From Cycas panzhihuaensis (lineage: Eukaryota; Plantae; Cycadophyta): a stretch of 64,000 nucleotides of DNA. The DNA is taken from positions 120,845,741-120,909,740 of the forward strand of contig CM041465.1 in the NCBI GenBank assembly GCA_023213395.1. Direction: 5' to 3'. Below the pieces are notes generated by a model, which saw only the letters and a program-made list of their open reading frames with translations, was not told where the DNA came from and did no database searches. Below, piece after piece: positions 38,700 to 52,089 of this stretch (the stretch's first letter is position 1; every line of letters begins with the position of its first letter). The position numbers were made by a program, and so were the translations under genes.

Positions 38700-39160
38700 A
38701 ATGAACACAAGGAGAGGATCCATAAAATCATGTTCATACCTTTTATTTGGCATGCTCTCAATGGAAACTAAATGGTAATCTTCTTTGTATTCTCTTCTCA
38801 TTTATATTTTTTAGTGATACTCTTAAATGGTTTATCGATTATCCACTCATTTAAATTTTACATTTTAACAATATGTTAATTCTTTTCTTACCTGCTTTGA
38901 TATAGGGGAACCTTATAATTTAAGTATCAAAGCTCTTATATCTGTTAAACGAGGCCATGAGAAATCTTATCAAGAATTTTTAAAGAGATTTTAAGATTTG
39001 GTCTTTACCTCCAAGTGTGAATATCTTGATAGTCTTCTTATTAAATTATTTTTAAATGTTGTTACGCCATAAATTCAACTTGAAGTATTGAGAATGAATC
39101 ATATTTCTTATGAAGATGCCTTTAATAAAGTTGTCACATTTAAGACATTTGAGATTCAAG
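38700..39160 (+). pseudogene. Degraded Gypsy gag fragment without downstream pol
   Basis: KRGHEKSYQEFLKRF matches the Gypsy gag KQG..ES..EF..RF pattern; an LKWF-like motif lies at about 38822. Confidence 0.45.
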
Positions 39161-40749
39161 TTAGTCTCAAACCTATACCTAATCCATTCAAGCATAAATA
39201 TAACAAGATTGAACCTTCTCAAGAATCTAAACTATTCAGATAAACTAATTAAGTTACTTGCATTAGAAATTCACATGTTAGAATATAAATTGGATGCTAA
39301 GGCATAAAATATTGGAAAGCCACAAGAAAGGGAATCTCTTAGGACCATTGCTCTCATTGAAAGATGTATCCCTTCATCTAAAGTTATACTTGAAGGTGGT
39401 TGTCTTCTTATAGAATAAAATCTCATTCTGATGATGAATGTTGGACTTATTATAAGATTAAATTCCAAGCTTATTATTGAACTCAAAATCAATCCAAGTC
39501 TAATTAGGACCAACCTACTTACAATGATCATAGTGATAACTCATCCTAATCTAATACTCCTCTTATATCCTCTCAGTCTTTCAAAGAAAAATATCCTTTG
39601 CCTAGTAATGAATAAATTATTTCTTCCAAAGAAGAGTTCACACTCAATGATAAAGGGAAAAGGATAATTAGCTTTTTTTCTCTCTTTACATTTTCCTAAG
39701 AAATAAATTCTTTATCTTATAAGTAAACAATTATTTTTAAAAAGATCTTCCTTGCTATACCACTATAAAAAAGCAAACAATTTATTGAAAATTTCCACTC
39801 TTGGCTTGTTCTGCAATAAGGATAAACTATCGTACCCCCTCCACAATGAAGATAAACTATGACTTTGAAAATATTAATTACTAAAGAGCATAAACTACAC
39901 ATACTCTATAATAAGTATAATCTATGGTATAAATTGCTTTCTCTAGTTCTCACTTCATATACTCATGTGATCTCTCATAATCCCTATACTATAGGATTAC
40001 CTAGACTACTTATTCATACCCTAGCACACACTTCACATATTCATACATGTTAATACGATTGATATAAATTAAAAATTAACATATAATTAGCAGTCTAAAT
40101 TTTCTTATAATTTAGTTTAATAAAGAAACACTTTGATCATGTAGGGCTCCATGTTTTATTAAATGCTCATGAAATCATATGAACATCTTTAAATTGATTG
40201 ATTTCTCTTCACTCGTACTTGAAGGTAACTCTTGTATGTTTGAGTCCCTTATATTGGACTAGATGAGATAATTTTCATCCTATTTATAAATTTACTCGTG
40301 GACTAGTTTTCATTAGTCTTATATAACCATTCACTAAATCATAGATTTTGATTATAAAAAGATATATTACACAAGATTTGATATATAAAAAAAAAAGAAA
40401 GAATAAGTACTCCAATGTATGCTCTCAAAACATTGACGAGTTCAGTGGTGATTTATTCATAAGTTTCACTTAGTAATTTGTTGAATCACCAACCTCTATT
40501 TATGGGTATAATGGCGATTGGTTTCATATAGTTTTACAGTGTCATTCATTGAATAACAAACTCGTTCAATCATATATACACAATCTTAACCAATGGATTC
40601 AGTAATGGTTGGTTTACACTAGCTTCACTTTGTTATCCATTACACCATAGGCTTAATTGATACATGCAAAAGAGATATTATATCTACATGGAGTAAGATA
40701 CTAAAATTGTCATTCTTAAATGTTGTTTCTTAACTTCTAGGAACAAGAT

Positions 40750-43128
40750 GGACATCATAACAAATAGGTAAGTATAGGTGTATTTCCACATCTCTATGTT
40801 TTTTATTATTCTTCATGACATGTTATTAGATTGTGGTTATGTGTTTTTACCTACCTACTTGTTAGTTTGGTGAGTCATCCTATATATTTTTAGTTGATAA
40901 CAAGCACAATTTCGATCGTTGACTATTAGTCTACCTATTAAGCTCCACAATCTAGAAACAATTATCTTAATACCTCTGTAAGGTTCTATTGATCTCCTTT
41001 TTTATTATTGTTTGTCTTAATTTCAACATTATCTCCTTCATGTTAACCTTATTTTAACCCAAGCTTCAACATCTGTATGTTTCTAGATTGATTTCATGCA
41101 TATTTATCTATACCACGTTGATTTCTATTACATCGCTTTATTTTTTACCCACAATAATAATGTTATAAATGATTTTATACTACCATGAAAAACTTTATGG
41201 TACAAATATCACCTATCAAAATTCAATCTTGAGCATGATAGTCAACTCATTAATTACTTATTATCAATCCTTAGGCAATGTCCATTGGCTCTAGATCATT
41301 GCATGTTAATTTTTGATAGCCCAAAAGTCCAAGCCATATCAAAGACTCTCCATTCCACATAAATTTGAGGAAAATCCATGGGTAAGATCTATGCATTTAC
41401 TCCCCTTATTTTCTCCTATATTATAGGATGAAAACCACTTTTCTTAACCTCACCTTCGTCTATTTATCCTCCTATTTTTCTGTTAGAAGAGGAGGTCAAG
41501 TTATTATGTGATGGTATTGTCATTATACTACCAGATTTCTAAGAGAAATTAGTTGTCTCTTGATCTACCACTCTTTTATTTACTCTATTACTTGGAGATT
41601 GACCTTAAAACACCATTAGAGTGCCTTTAAGTAGAGAAAATTTAGCTAGTGGCATTATCTTTACTTGTTAGGATGAGTTAATCCTCCCATAACTTCGTTG
41701 GTGAGTTAGTTTTTTATTATATTTGTATTTATTTTTCTCATTTAGATAAGTTGAGTATTACATAGCTCATCTTGCCTCTTACTTATTTTTCCTTTTTCCT
41801 TTTTGTCATTTGACCCATAAGATTGAAAGGACTTACAGGGGAAAATTAATATGTAAGTACTACTTGGATGCTTGTGATATTTAAGACACATTAGAGACAT
41901 AATTGAGGCTCATATTCTCTCCACTTACCAAGCTCATATTGTGTGTTGGTTAGGTGCTTTTCAATATTTTCTTAATATATATCTCTATAGTATAGTGTTT
42001 TTTGGAGCTTGCTAGCCATTGTTCTTGTAGGTGGAAACACTTTACCATTGTTGCAGGTATTCAAAGACTAAGGAGCTCTCTCATTATCAACCCATACTTG
42101 GTCTTTTCTTCATCATACCATCTCATCAAGGTAAAGCACAAATTCACAACCAAAAGAGGTAACTCCAACCTACTTTCATTGTGCTTATTTTTATATTTTT
42201 AAGTTTATTAAAAACTTTTGTCTGTCGTAATATAATCTAGTAAGTAGAAATATTACTAGATTTCTCTTAGGAATTTTATACATCAAAATCTTAGTTGTTT
42301 AAGCATCCTCAAGCATATTGTTTATATATCAAAGGAAGGATAAAGCTTGAAGAGTCACGCTACATCAAGTCTAGGTACCTCTTCTCTCTTCATCTCTTTC
42401 TTTTAAGCAAAAAGAACATAAATAAAAAAGAAAAGGAGGAAATACATTAGATTCACTTTCACACTAATTTTCCTTCTTTTCATTCTAAGAGAAAAAGTAA
42501 AAGAAAAAGGTTGTTTTACTTTTCTTTTTTTTTTTAAACAAAAAAAATAATAATTAAAAGAAAAGAAATTTCTCTCTTTATTTTATATTTATCTAACTTC
42601 CCCTTCTCCTAAGAGGATAAAACTAAAAAAAAAAAAACAAGAAGACCCAAAATCCCAAAAAGAGAAAGAACCATGCATTCCTTTTTCTTGCATGTTGCAT
42701 TGCATCATTTGCACCTCATCATAGGATTAGGAACCTACATTAAAAGCCTAAGCAAAGGAGAGGATAACATGGTTGCAAGTCCTCAAACTCATGGGGCTAC
42801 ATTATGTTTACTAATTATAATGGATTATTATTTACATTAAATTGAAAAAGCATATAGATGCATTAAGTGTGTGATCTTCATTAGCTTCCCATAGGTTAGT
42901 TAATAGCCTTATGCCCACACTAGACACATAGCCCTTACACATATTGCCCTGGTTAAGCCATCCTCTAGCCATGTGAATCCATAATCAAGGCTTACACCGA
43001 TACCTAAGCAGCACACTAGTGCCCTGAGTGGGGCATCAATTCACGTTAACCCCTCTCGAGTAACTTCCCATGCCCTGAGCCCTTTGTTGTTAGGTTTGTT
43101 ATGTGTCTTACCCTATTCTTGCATATTC
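40750..43128 (+). repeat. 2.4-kb direct repeat, copy 1 (LTR or LTR-containing region of the Tat/Ogre-like element)
   Basis: Colinear with 60618-62978 from ACATCATAACAAATAGGTAAG to CCTTTGTT.TTAGGTTT. Termini not resolved. Confidence 0.85.
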
Positions 43129-43689
43129 ATTTATAACCATACTAAGGACTTGCCAATTGGAACCCTACTCAGCATCGTTAGACTCTTCCCTTTCTTCTCT
43201 CTTTGCTTTTGCTTTCTTTAGGGTGTTTTGTTTAGTCTAGATTATGTAAGGATCCCTTGTACACATCCCCCCATATATAGGAAGTTAGTTAGGTCCTAAA
43301 TATAACAATTTCCTTATCATGTGTATGGCCTCCTACTTGTAAACTTCCAGCCCTAATACACACTTATTCCTGAAAGTGACCAAGAGTCACCAATGGCAGG
43401 TCAATTCCCTTATGATTGGGTATGTAATCCCTACACCCAAGATTGGCCCCAACTTAAGGTGGCATAGCCATAAGAGTAACATACCCAAAGAGGCATGGAC
43501 CCCACATACCAACCCCATAAGGATGATGGATTCTACCATAACCATATCAGATCCCATGTTCATATAACCAAGGCCATCCCCCCTTAGGAACTAGTCCAAG
43601 TTCTTGAACCATATATTCTTCCCTTTCTGTTTGAGCTTAGTAAGAAAGGTGGGCATGTTCTCCCTTTTAAACAAACTTACACCCGTATA

Positions 43690-46600
43690 TGGGACACAAT
43701 GGAGGCCCTAGAGGTGGACTTTGATATAGCAATGGGAGAAACTACTCCTATTTAGGCATGCTACTTGTTATTCAATGCCTTAACCTCATTCAATTCAATT
43801 CCAACTTCCCATTTCAACCCAATCCACAACCCCACTTACTACAAATATAATGATAATATCCTCATCCATTGATACCTCACTCAAGATGGGCCTTGAATCA
43901 TCTCAAGTCCCTTCCCAAGCCATTCCTCGTATTTCTCAATAAATGACTCTTACTCCCCTATTATAGACTTCCATCCCTACAACTGAACATAGTCTTAAAT
44001 CCTCCTATCAACCCTTCCATCCCTTCTCATCCCCACACTGTGGGACTTAGTGTAGGTGCTTTGATTTGCCCCCATCCACACCATGTGGACTCTTCATTGT
44101 GTATCCCATTGAGATATGTAACCCAACAGTGGAGGCATGAGGGTTCTCACCCTTTCATGGCTTATGGAATGGATCCTCTCCACCCTTATAGGCTTGTACC
44201 TCCTATTGGAGGCCCATTTTAGAAGAACCTTTTGTCTTACCCATCCTCATATATGTCCCATTCTATTCCATTAACACATTATTCTTAAGGTACATCATTG
44301 ATGCCTTTTGTACCCCCTTTCATAGCCATCATTCTACAAGGGGTAATAGCTCAGGCCAACCCCTCATATCACACTCTTACATATAGGGGTTTGGGTTATT
44401 CTTGACCACCCCCATACTCCTTTTATCCTTATCCTTGCGTGACTCCTCCCTATCAAGTAAGAGACATGTCTCAATCAACTCCTTCATATGGGCCCCACCA
44501 ATAAGGGCATATTCTTTATCCTACACTCCTATCCCATACTAAATATTGTTCTCATCCCCCTTACACTCTGTTAAATCTCTTAGTCCAACTTAGGGCATGA
44601 CCCTTTGTGGACTATAGGTCTAGTCCCCTTTCTTTGGAGGCATTATAAACTAACCTCTCTCCTCACCCTCTGAAAATGCCCAAGTTTGATGGTACTTCTT
44701 TATAAGATCCTACTAATCATGTTAGGGCATGTCATGACATGAATTGATTATTAGGTGTATAATTATATTCTAATAAAGTTATTCATAAGGTTACTTTAGG
44801 GAGATGCCTTAAAGTAGTTCTATGATCTCTCCACTCATTCAATCATTCACTTCCAACAATTGGTTAATACATTCATCAACTACTTTGATGTTGTAAGGCT
44901 ATTTGAGAGTAGAGCTAAATCCATACTCTCCCTTAATCAAGGAGCAAATAAACTCAATTAAGACTTTATCCAACAATTCCATGACCTCCTTCATTCTTCT
45001 AAGGCCACATTAGCTAAGGACTTGAAGAGAGAAATCTTTATCAATGCCTTATGCCCTAAGGTCATTGTAGAATTCCTCAAGATAAGGGTGACAATGTGTA
45101 ACTTGGCAATAGGTAAATGCTTAGCATTAGAATCTATTAAGATCTAAGTAGGTTTCAAAAAGATTAGTAAGTATGCACCACATCATAAGACACTACCTCT
45201 CTCACATGACCAATTGGCCCAACAATCATCTTCCAAGCCCTCTATTAACAACATTGATGAGACAATGGATTCCTTTATATATGTTATTTGTTCTTTGAAG
45301 TGAGTAATTAAATAGTTGAAGCTACAACTACATCAATCCATATTAGAGCCACAAGCTCATTCCCATGGTTCCTAGCCCATGTATCAAGCTTCTCAAACCA
45401 TGACACTAACTAAAGAAGGTTCCAAACCTTCCCAAGAAAAGAAATCTAAAGCCTCTTTTAAAAATATATGGTGTTTGGTTTATGGCCATTATGCCCATTA
45501 AGATGCTCACTATTGGACTCAATATCCTAAGCTAGCTTTACCAGGTGATCCTCCTTCCTAATCAGGTTCTAAACCAAACTTAGACTAACCCATTCATTAA
45601 GACCCCTTTCTGGGCTACGGCACTCCTATGCAACCCTCTTAACAACAAAACTAATGAGGTAAGGAGAGACCCAACCTTAAAAGAGAGACACTCCTCTTAA
45701 CCCACCATCTAATCAATCTAAGGGAAAAACCTTGGTTAATCTTCCTATTCCTACAAGCCCCACAGTTTAAAACCCACCTTCACACCTTAATGCTAAGAGA
45801 ATATAGGTCATCCACATGCTAGAGACCACTTAAATGTACCTAATAACCCATGCCCAAGTGGTTAAGGAAGATGAGGAAGCTTCTACATCTCAACAACCAC
45901 CCGTGGATCCCTCTCCCATAGAAATCCCTATCATCCTAAAGACCATACTAGTTTAACCTAGATGATATGAATTTATAAGAGCTCTTCCCCAACGTACATG
46001 TAAGGGAAAGAATTCTCCATTATAGAAGAGTTTCATATAATCTCTATAGTTATGTTCATGATGGATGTCTTACAAAGTTTCCCTGATCAACATGCCCTAC
46101 TCTTTAAGGCCCTTATCCATAAGGACACTTCTATTTACACTATTACTACCTCTTCCCATGGACCACTTGTTATCTTATTTAACCCAAATGAGCTACCCCC
46201 TATCAGTGAGTGAGAGTACCACTAGCATTACCCATTTACTGTAATGATTGAGACCCTTAAATTTACCCTAAAGAGGACTATTATAGACAATGACTTCTTA
46301 GTTAATGTTATGTCTATCTAAATGCTTGAGAAATTGGGCATTGAAGCTCTTAAGCCCATCCCTTAGAATGCTAAGGATACGATAGGAGTGAGAAGGTTCC
46401 CTTAGGGACAATGACCCTACCTCTCACTCTAGAAGACAAGAAATTCCCTATTAACATTATTATCTTCAATATCAACATCGATTATAACCTTCTGCTAGGA
46501 CAACCTTGGTTAAACCAAATGGGGTTTGTATACTCTTTACTTTGGGGGCAACTCAAATTTATCCATGAAGAGCAAGTGCAAATTATGGCTTGTGATCCTC

Positions 46601-49600
46601 CTCCACCTCGACCATTACTTATGGCTTGTCAAGCCATCTTTGATGCTATGGATAGTGTTTTGGAACCTCAGTATCCTTCTTCAATTAAGTAGACCCTTAT
46701 CATGATCAAGATCCCCTATCTCCTAGGCCTACCTTGGTTTGTTTCATTCCTATAAGCATGGGTATCTATGGCTATGTCCTTATCCCTAATAACCCTAAGT
46801 TTGGGGATGATGGCTTCGAGTGACCTACACGACAAGTGACTTCCATCACCACTTCTCAAGGGGAGGCACCTTATAAAATATATCTCCTCCTGTTGGCCTA
46901 AACCCACACACTTCGAGCATATCTTAATCCCAATAGGATTTTGATAAGAGTGCAGAGCACACTCTCTCAATTACCCTCCTCATCGAGAATCCCCATTCTT
47001 ATGAGTATGGCTAGCTTGCCTTTCCACCTAACTCCTACATAATTGACATCCTAAACATCTAAGCATTGATTTCCAAATATCTATATCTAATGGATGCATT
47101 ACTCCTCCTCCCATCCAAGAGACTTTCTAGTGAGTAATCCCTTGGCTTATTGCCTGTATGGATAATGTCCTATGGGCCCATGGATCCATCCCATTTGAGC
47201 CTAGTTCTTCATCAGTTACCCACTCTTATCCACCTCCTCCACCACAACCATTAGGATGGATTAGCATGTGGGGGATTACTTGAGTCCTATGGTTATGAGG
47301 CTAGCTCCTAAACAAGCCTCCCTTACTTGTGATTTGAATCAAGAGTCCAAGTCCATCGAATTCTATAATGAGTTAGCCAACGACGATCATTACGATCAAG
47401 TACCGTCTATCCCTACCTTCATGAGTTACCCCTTCTTATGCCTTCATTCCAAATCATCAAAGGAGCCCCTCTGTTATCTTAGTTAGGGGATTGATCAATG
47501 TAAGGACTCCCTAAGCCTAAATCCAACCTTATCACCTATGTGCAAGACCATTTATAGGGTAGACTATTTTTAAAATGATGAGGCCTTGCTTGAGCACTTA
47601 GTAGACTCATCTCTCAATCTCTCCCCTAGCCATTACATGTTGGGGTTTTGGAAGTGCCTCACCATTATCTCCTCTCTGGTTAACTCCAATAATGTCCAAA
47701 CTCATCTTGATCCCAAAATTGATTAGGCCTCTCCTTACTTTAAGGAGGGAAACATCCTTCTATTTGAAGAAATAAGAGACATTGTCCTTACCCTAAATAA
47801 CCTTATTAAGATTAGCATCGAATGTTTCCTTAAATAGGTGGAGAAATACACAAAGTTATTCCATGAGTTATGGGACATCTTAACATGGGACTATATGGAC
47901 ATGAAGGGTATAAGCCCTTAAATTATCACTCATAACCTCTCGATTGTCCTTGGAGCCAAACTAGTCCAACAAAAGTAATAGCCTCTTCACCCTAAATTAT
48001 TGACTATTATGAAAATAGAAGTTGAGAAGTTATATAATGCTAGACTTATTATGTCTATAGATTACCCTAAATGGTTATTCAACATCATGCTAGTTACTAA
48101 GAAGAATGGGGCCATATGCATATGTATAAATTTTAGGGATATAAATAATGTATGCTCTAAATATAACTTCCCACTTCTCTTCATAGACTAAATCGTTAAT
48201 AGGACTATTGCGTTTAAAGTCATATCTTTGATTAAAGGATTCTTAGGGTACAACTAAATCCAATTATCACTCGAGGATCATCACAAGACAACTTTCACCA
48301 CACCTTAGGGAACATTCGCTTACATGGTGATGCCTTTTGGTCTCAAGAATGCTAGTACTACCTACCAATGCACCATGTATTTCATTTTCCATGACCTCAT
48401 TAATAAGATTCTCGAGGTTTTCATGGATGATCTAATAGGCCTCTCATGCAAGAGTGTCGACCACCCTGTAGACTTCATAAAAAGTTTTCTCAAGTGTGAG
48501 AATTACCACGTGAGCCTCAATCCTCTTAAGTGTATCTTTGCTATTGTGGCTGGCAAGCTATTAGGCTTTCATGTCTCACAACAAGGGTCCTAAGTCAATC
48601 CTAATAAGATTAAGGCCATTATAAAGATGCCACCCCTAAAAACACAAATACATGTTAAGTCATTTTTAGGGAGGTTAGGTTTCCCATGATAATTCTTAGA
48701 AGACTTTACTTTGAACACTAAACTGTTAATAAATCTCCTAAAGAAAGGGATCCCATTTGTTTGGTCCCCAAAAGCCCAAGCATCCTTTTAAGAGCTTAAA
48801 TGGGCTCTTATCTCGACCCTAATCTTGGCACTCCCAATATTTGACCACCCATTTATCTTATATACATCATCAATAAATGAATAAATTAGCATCATGCTAG
48901 TCCAAGAGGATGACCTTAAAACTAAAAGGGTTGTCTACTTTATTAATCAAACATTGCTTGTCACCAAGACCAATTACACTCCTACTAGAAAAGAGTGTTT
49001 GTCCCTTGTGTTTTCTATTAAGAAGTTAAGGTCCTATCTTTTGGGCAATACTACTAATATGATCATCTAGTTAAATCCACTTCATTACCTTATGATGAGG
49101 TTTGATTTGATAGGGTAAACTGGGAAATGGGTTGTCCTCCTATAAGAGTATGACCTAAAAATTGTTAATAGACAACCTAAGAAGAGGATGGCGATTGTCG
49201 AGCAACTCACCCATGCACCCCTCCCCTACTTTGCTAATTCTCTAGTCAATGATTCCTTACTTGATAAAATAATCTTCAACCTTGAATAAGCTAAGGGTTG
49301 AAGGCTAATCAATGAGGCCTAATATGGTGACATTATATGCTACTTGACTTAACAAAGATACCCTTAATATACTAGTGATGAAGTGAAGCTATGCATAAGG
49401 GCCATTACTCGATAATACTTCCTTATAGAGGATGTGTTATATAAAATATTATTTAAGGGGATCCTCCTCATATGCATTAACCTAGATAAAACCAACTAAG
49501 TCTTCCACAAATGACATGACAACATTTGTGGAAGCCATTTTGGGGATCAATCTATGGCTCAAAGGATCCTACATATGGGGTTCTATTAGTTTATACTCTT

Positions 49601-50560
49601 CAAGGATGCTCACACTTATGTGCAATGGTGTTGGAAGTTTTAAGAGTATTCTAACATCATTCACCAACAATTAGAAGCCTCACATGTTATAATATCACCA
49701 TGGCCTTTCTCTTAATGGGGTATCAACCTTGTTAGAGCTATAACATCCCCGTCCTCAGCCCAACATAAGTTCATTCTAACCAAAATTAAATACTTCACCA
49801 AATAGGCTGAGGCTGTCCATCTTTCCTTTATGATGGGTAAGATGATTGCCACTTTCATATTTCAACATATCATTTACTAGCACGGGGTCCCCAACATCTT
49901 GATCACTAATAATATAATCCTATTTTGTAATAAAGAAATGGATAAGCTTTGTATGAGATTCTAAATCGCTCATAAGACCTCATCTCCTTATCACCCCTAA
50001 GCCAATAGCTAGATCGAGGCTTTCAACAATGTTGGTCAATATTCTAAAGAAGACCATGGCCTAATCTTAAAGAGATTGGTACCTACAAGTCTACTTGGTC
50101 CTATGGGGCTATCAAACATCTATAAGGATGGCCACAAGTATGAAACCCTCCTTCTTGGTTTATGGATTAGAGGTTGTCTTACCCCTTAAGGTGGAAATCT
50201 TGTCTTTATGGGTTTCACTTAAAGATTTCATTGATAAAGAGTAGTGACTCTAAGACCATTTACTTAATCTTGAAACACTTAATAAGAAGTACCTTATCAC
50301 TTATTAGGCAAGCTTGGCATCAAAAGCTAAAGCCCAAAAGGCTTCTAACAAATACGTGCAGCCTTGACCCTTAGCCCTAGGTGATAAAGTCCTTAAATTG
50401 AAGTATCTACATGATCACCTACTAAAATTTAGTCCAAAATGGATCAATTTATTTGTCATTTGACAAAGTTTAGCTGATGGAGCATATCGAATTACAACTT
50501 TGTTAGGCCTCAAATTTTAGAAAGTCATCAATAAGTAATTTCTCAAGAAATTTTATAATT
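43690..50560 (+). pseudogene. Decayed gag-pol of a non-chromovirus Gypsy (Tat/Ogre-like)
   Basis: Gag KMPKFDG at about 44.67 kb; PR RTIIDNDFLVNVMS and YNLLLGQPWL; RT YPKWLFNIMLVTKKNG, MVMPFGLKNA, FMDDL; RH at about 48.8-49.2 kb; INT PWPFS*WG; C-terminal KFSPKW...FLKKFY. Start is approximate. Confidence 0.9.
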
Positions 50561-50589
50561 TATCCCCCTCCCATAAGGGGCAACTTACT

Positions 50590-51830
50590 ATGAAATGAGC
50601 TTAAATTGCCTTCATTCATGTTATGCATTACCCCTACTAGGGACACCTTGACACATTGTACCTACTATCGTGTTGTATCCTTAGCCATCGATGGGATTTT
50701 GCCCCATGGGGGCATTCTACTTCATCATGAGTGTAAATTGTCACTTGTAAATGCTATCCAGATATATATATATATTCTCTAAAAATATCAAAAACATACT
50801 TATGTCTAATTATATATGAATTTCCTATCTTTCACCTTTTGACTTAGCTCCAAGACAAGCCTAAACTATGTTTGTTTTTTGGTGGTTTTATGGCCATGGA
50901 GTGTGACTCCACCTTATGCCCACGATGGCACTCTTTGCTGCAAGACAAGCTTTCCTTCTCCCCCATGGGTATTCCCCATGGGAGCACCATATGTTACATT
51001 AATGACCTTAGTCATTTTAGCTTATTACATAAAAGTAGAGCTTTAAATTAAGATTTAATTACAATTTCAGTTGTGACTTTATAATCTAATCACTATTTGG
51101 TTGCAACCTAGTAATAGTTTCTGCAACCTAAGCATAGTCTGGTTGTGACCTAGTCATAGTCTAGTTACAATCTAGTCATAGTACTCATGATCTAGTCACA
51201 CTTAGTTGTACCCTAGGTTATACTTGGTTGCACTAGGTTATACCCTAAGTTGTACCTAGTCACACTTGGTTATACCTTAGGTTGTACCTAGTTGCACTTG
51301 CTTGTACTTAGTCGCACTTGTTTTAGCCCTTAAGACTTTAGTTTATGCTCTAAAATGAGCCTAAACTACCTCTACCTATGATGTGTATCACTCTCACTAG
51401 GGCCATGTCATCACACAGTGCTATTTATTTTACTCTATCCTTTTTCATTGGTAAGATTTTGCCCTCATTAGAGGTATACCTTGCTCTAAATTGAGCTGAA
51501 ACTACCTTTGTTCATGATGAGTATTGCCCTCACTAGGAGCATCCCATCACACAATGCCTGTTATCCTATAGTATCCTTAGTGATCAATAGGATCTCACCC
51601 CATGCGAGATCTCTCTACTCTATCATGAGTGTAAACTATCACTTGTAAATATTATCACAAAAAATAAAAAATAAAAATTATAAAATGTCTAAAAATTTTC
51701 TTTAAAAAAAAGTATATTTTCTTTCCTTTTATGGTTTCACACCTATAAGGTGTGACTCAACTTTGTGCCCATGATTGCACTCTCTACTCCAAGACAAGCC
51801 CTTTCTCCTCCATGGGCATTCCCCATGGGG
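50590..51830 (+). repeat. 3' tandem repeat region of the Tat-like element: about 140-bp units plus a 10-11-bp minisatellite (51100-51320)
   Basis: Units start (A)ATGAGC.TAAACT at about 50593, 51353 and 51490. ATCATGAGTGTAAA.T.TCACTTGTAAAT occurs at about 50724 and 51622. Array of GTTGTACCTAG/GTCACACTTG variants. Confidence 0.85.
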
Positions 51831-52089
51831 GCATGAGGCTCCTCCACAAGTATAAATTGGCTTCTATACATTTCATTATGTCAAGCCATATACATATCTA
51901 TAGGATTAGCGATTATATTCATGTGTTATGTGTGCCACAATTCCATACATAAGAATGATTCTAACTCAACAATGCATAGAAGTAAATCATTACTCTCTAT
52001 ATAAATAACATAATGTAACTACAAGTATCCATACAAGAGTACATAGAAATAAATTAAGTGTAGGAGTATGAATCAACTCCTATATATAT

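Noticed and set aside
40140-40688. TGTAG...CTACA segment as a solo LTR or start of the long repeat
   Set aside because: No TSD and no alignable counterpart upstream of 60618.
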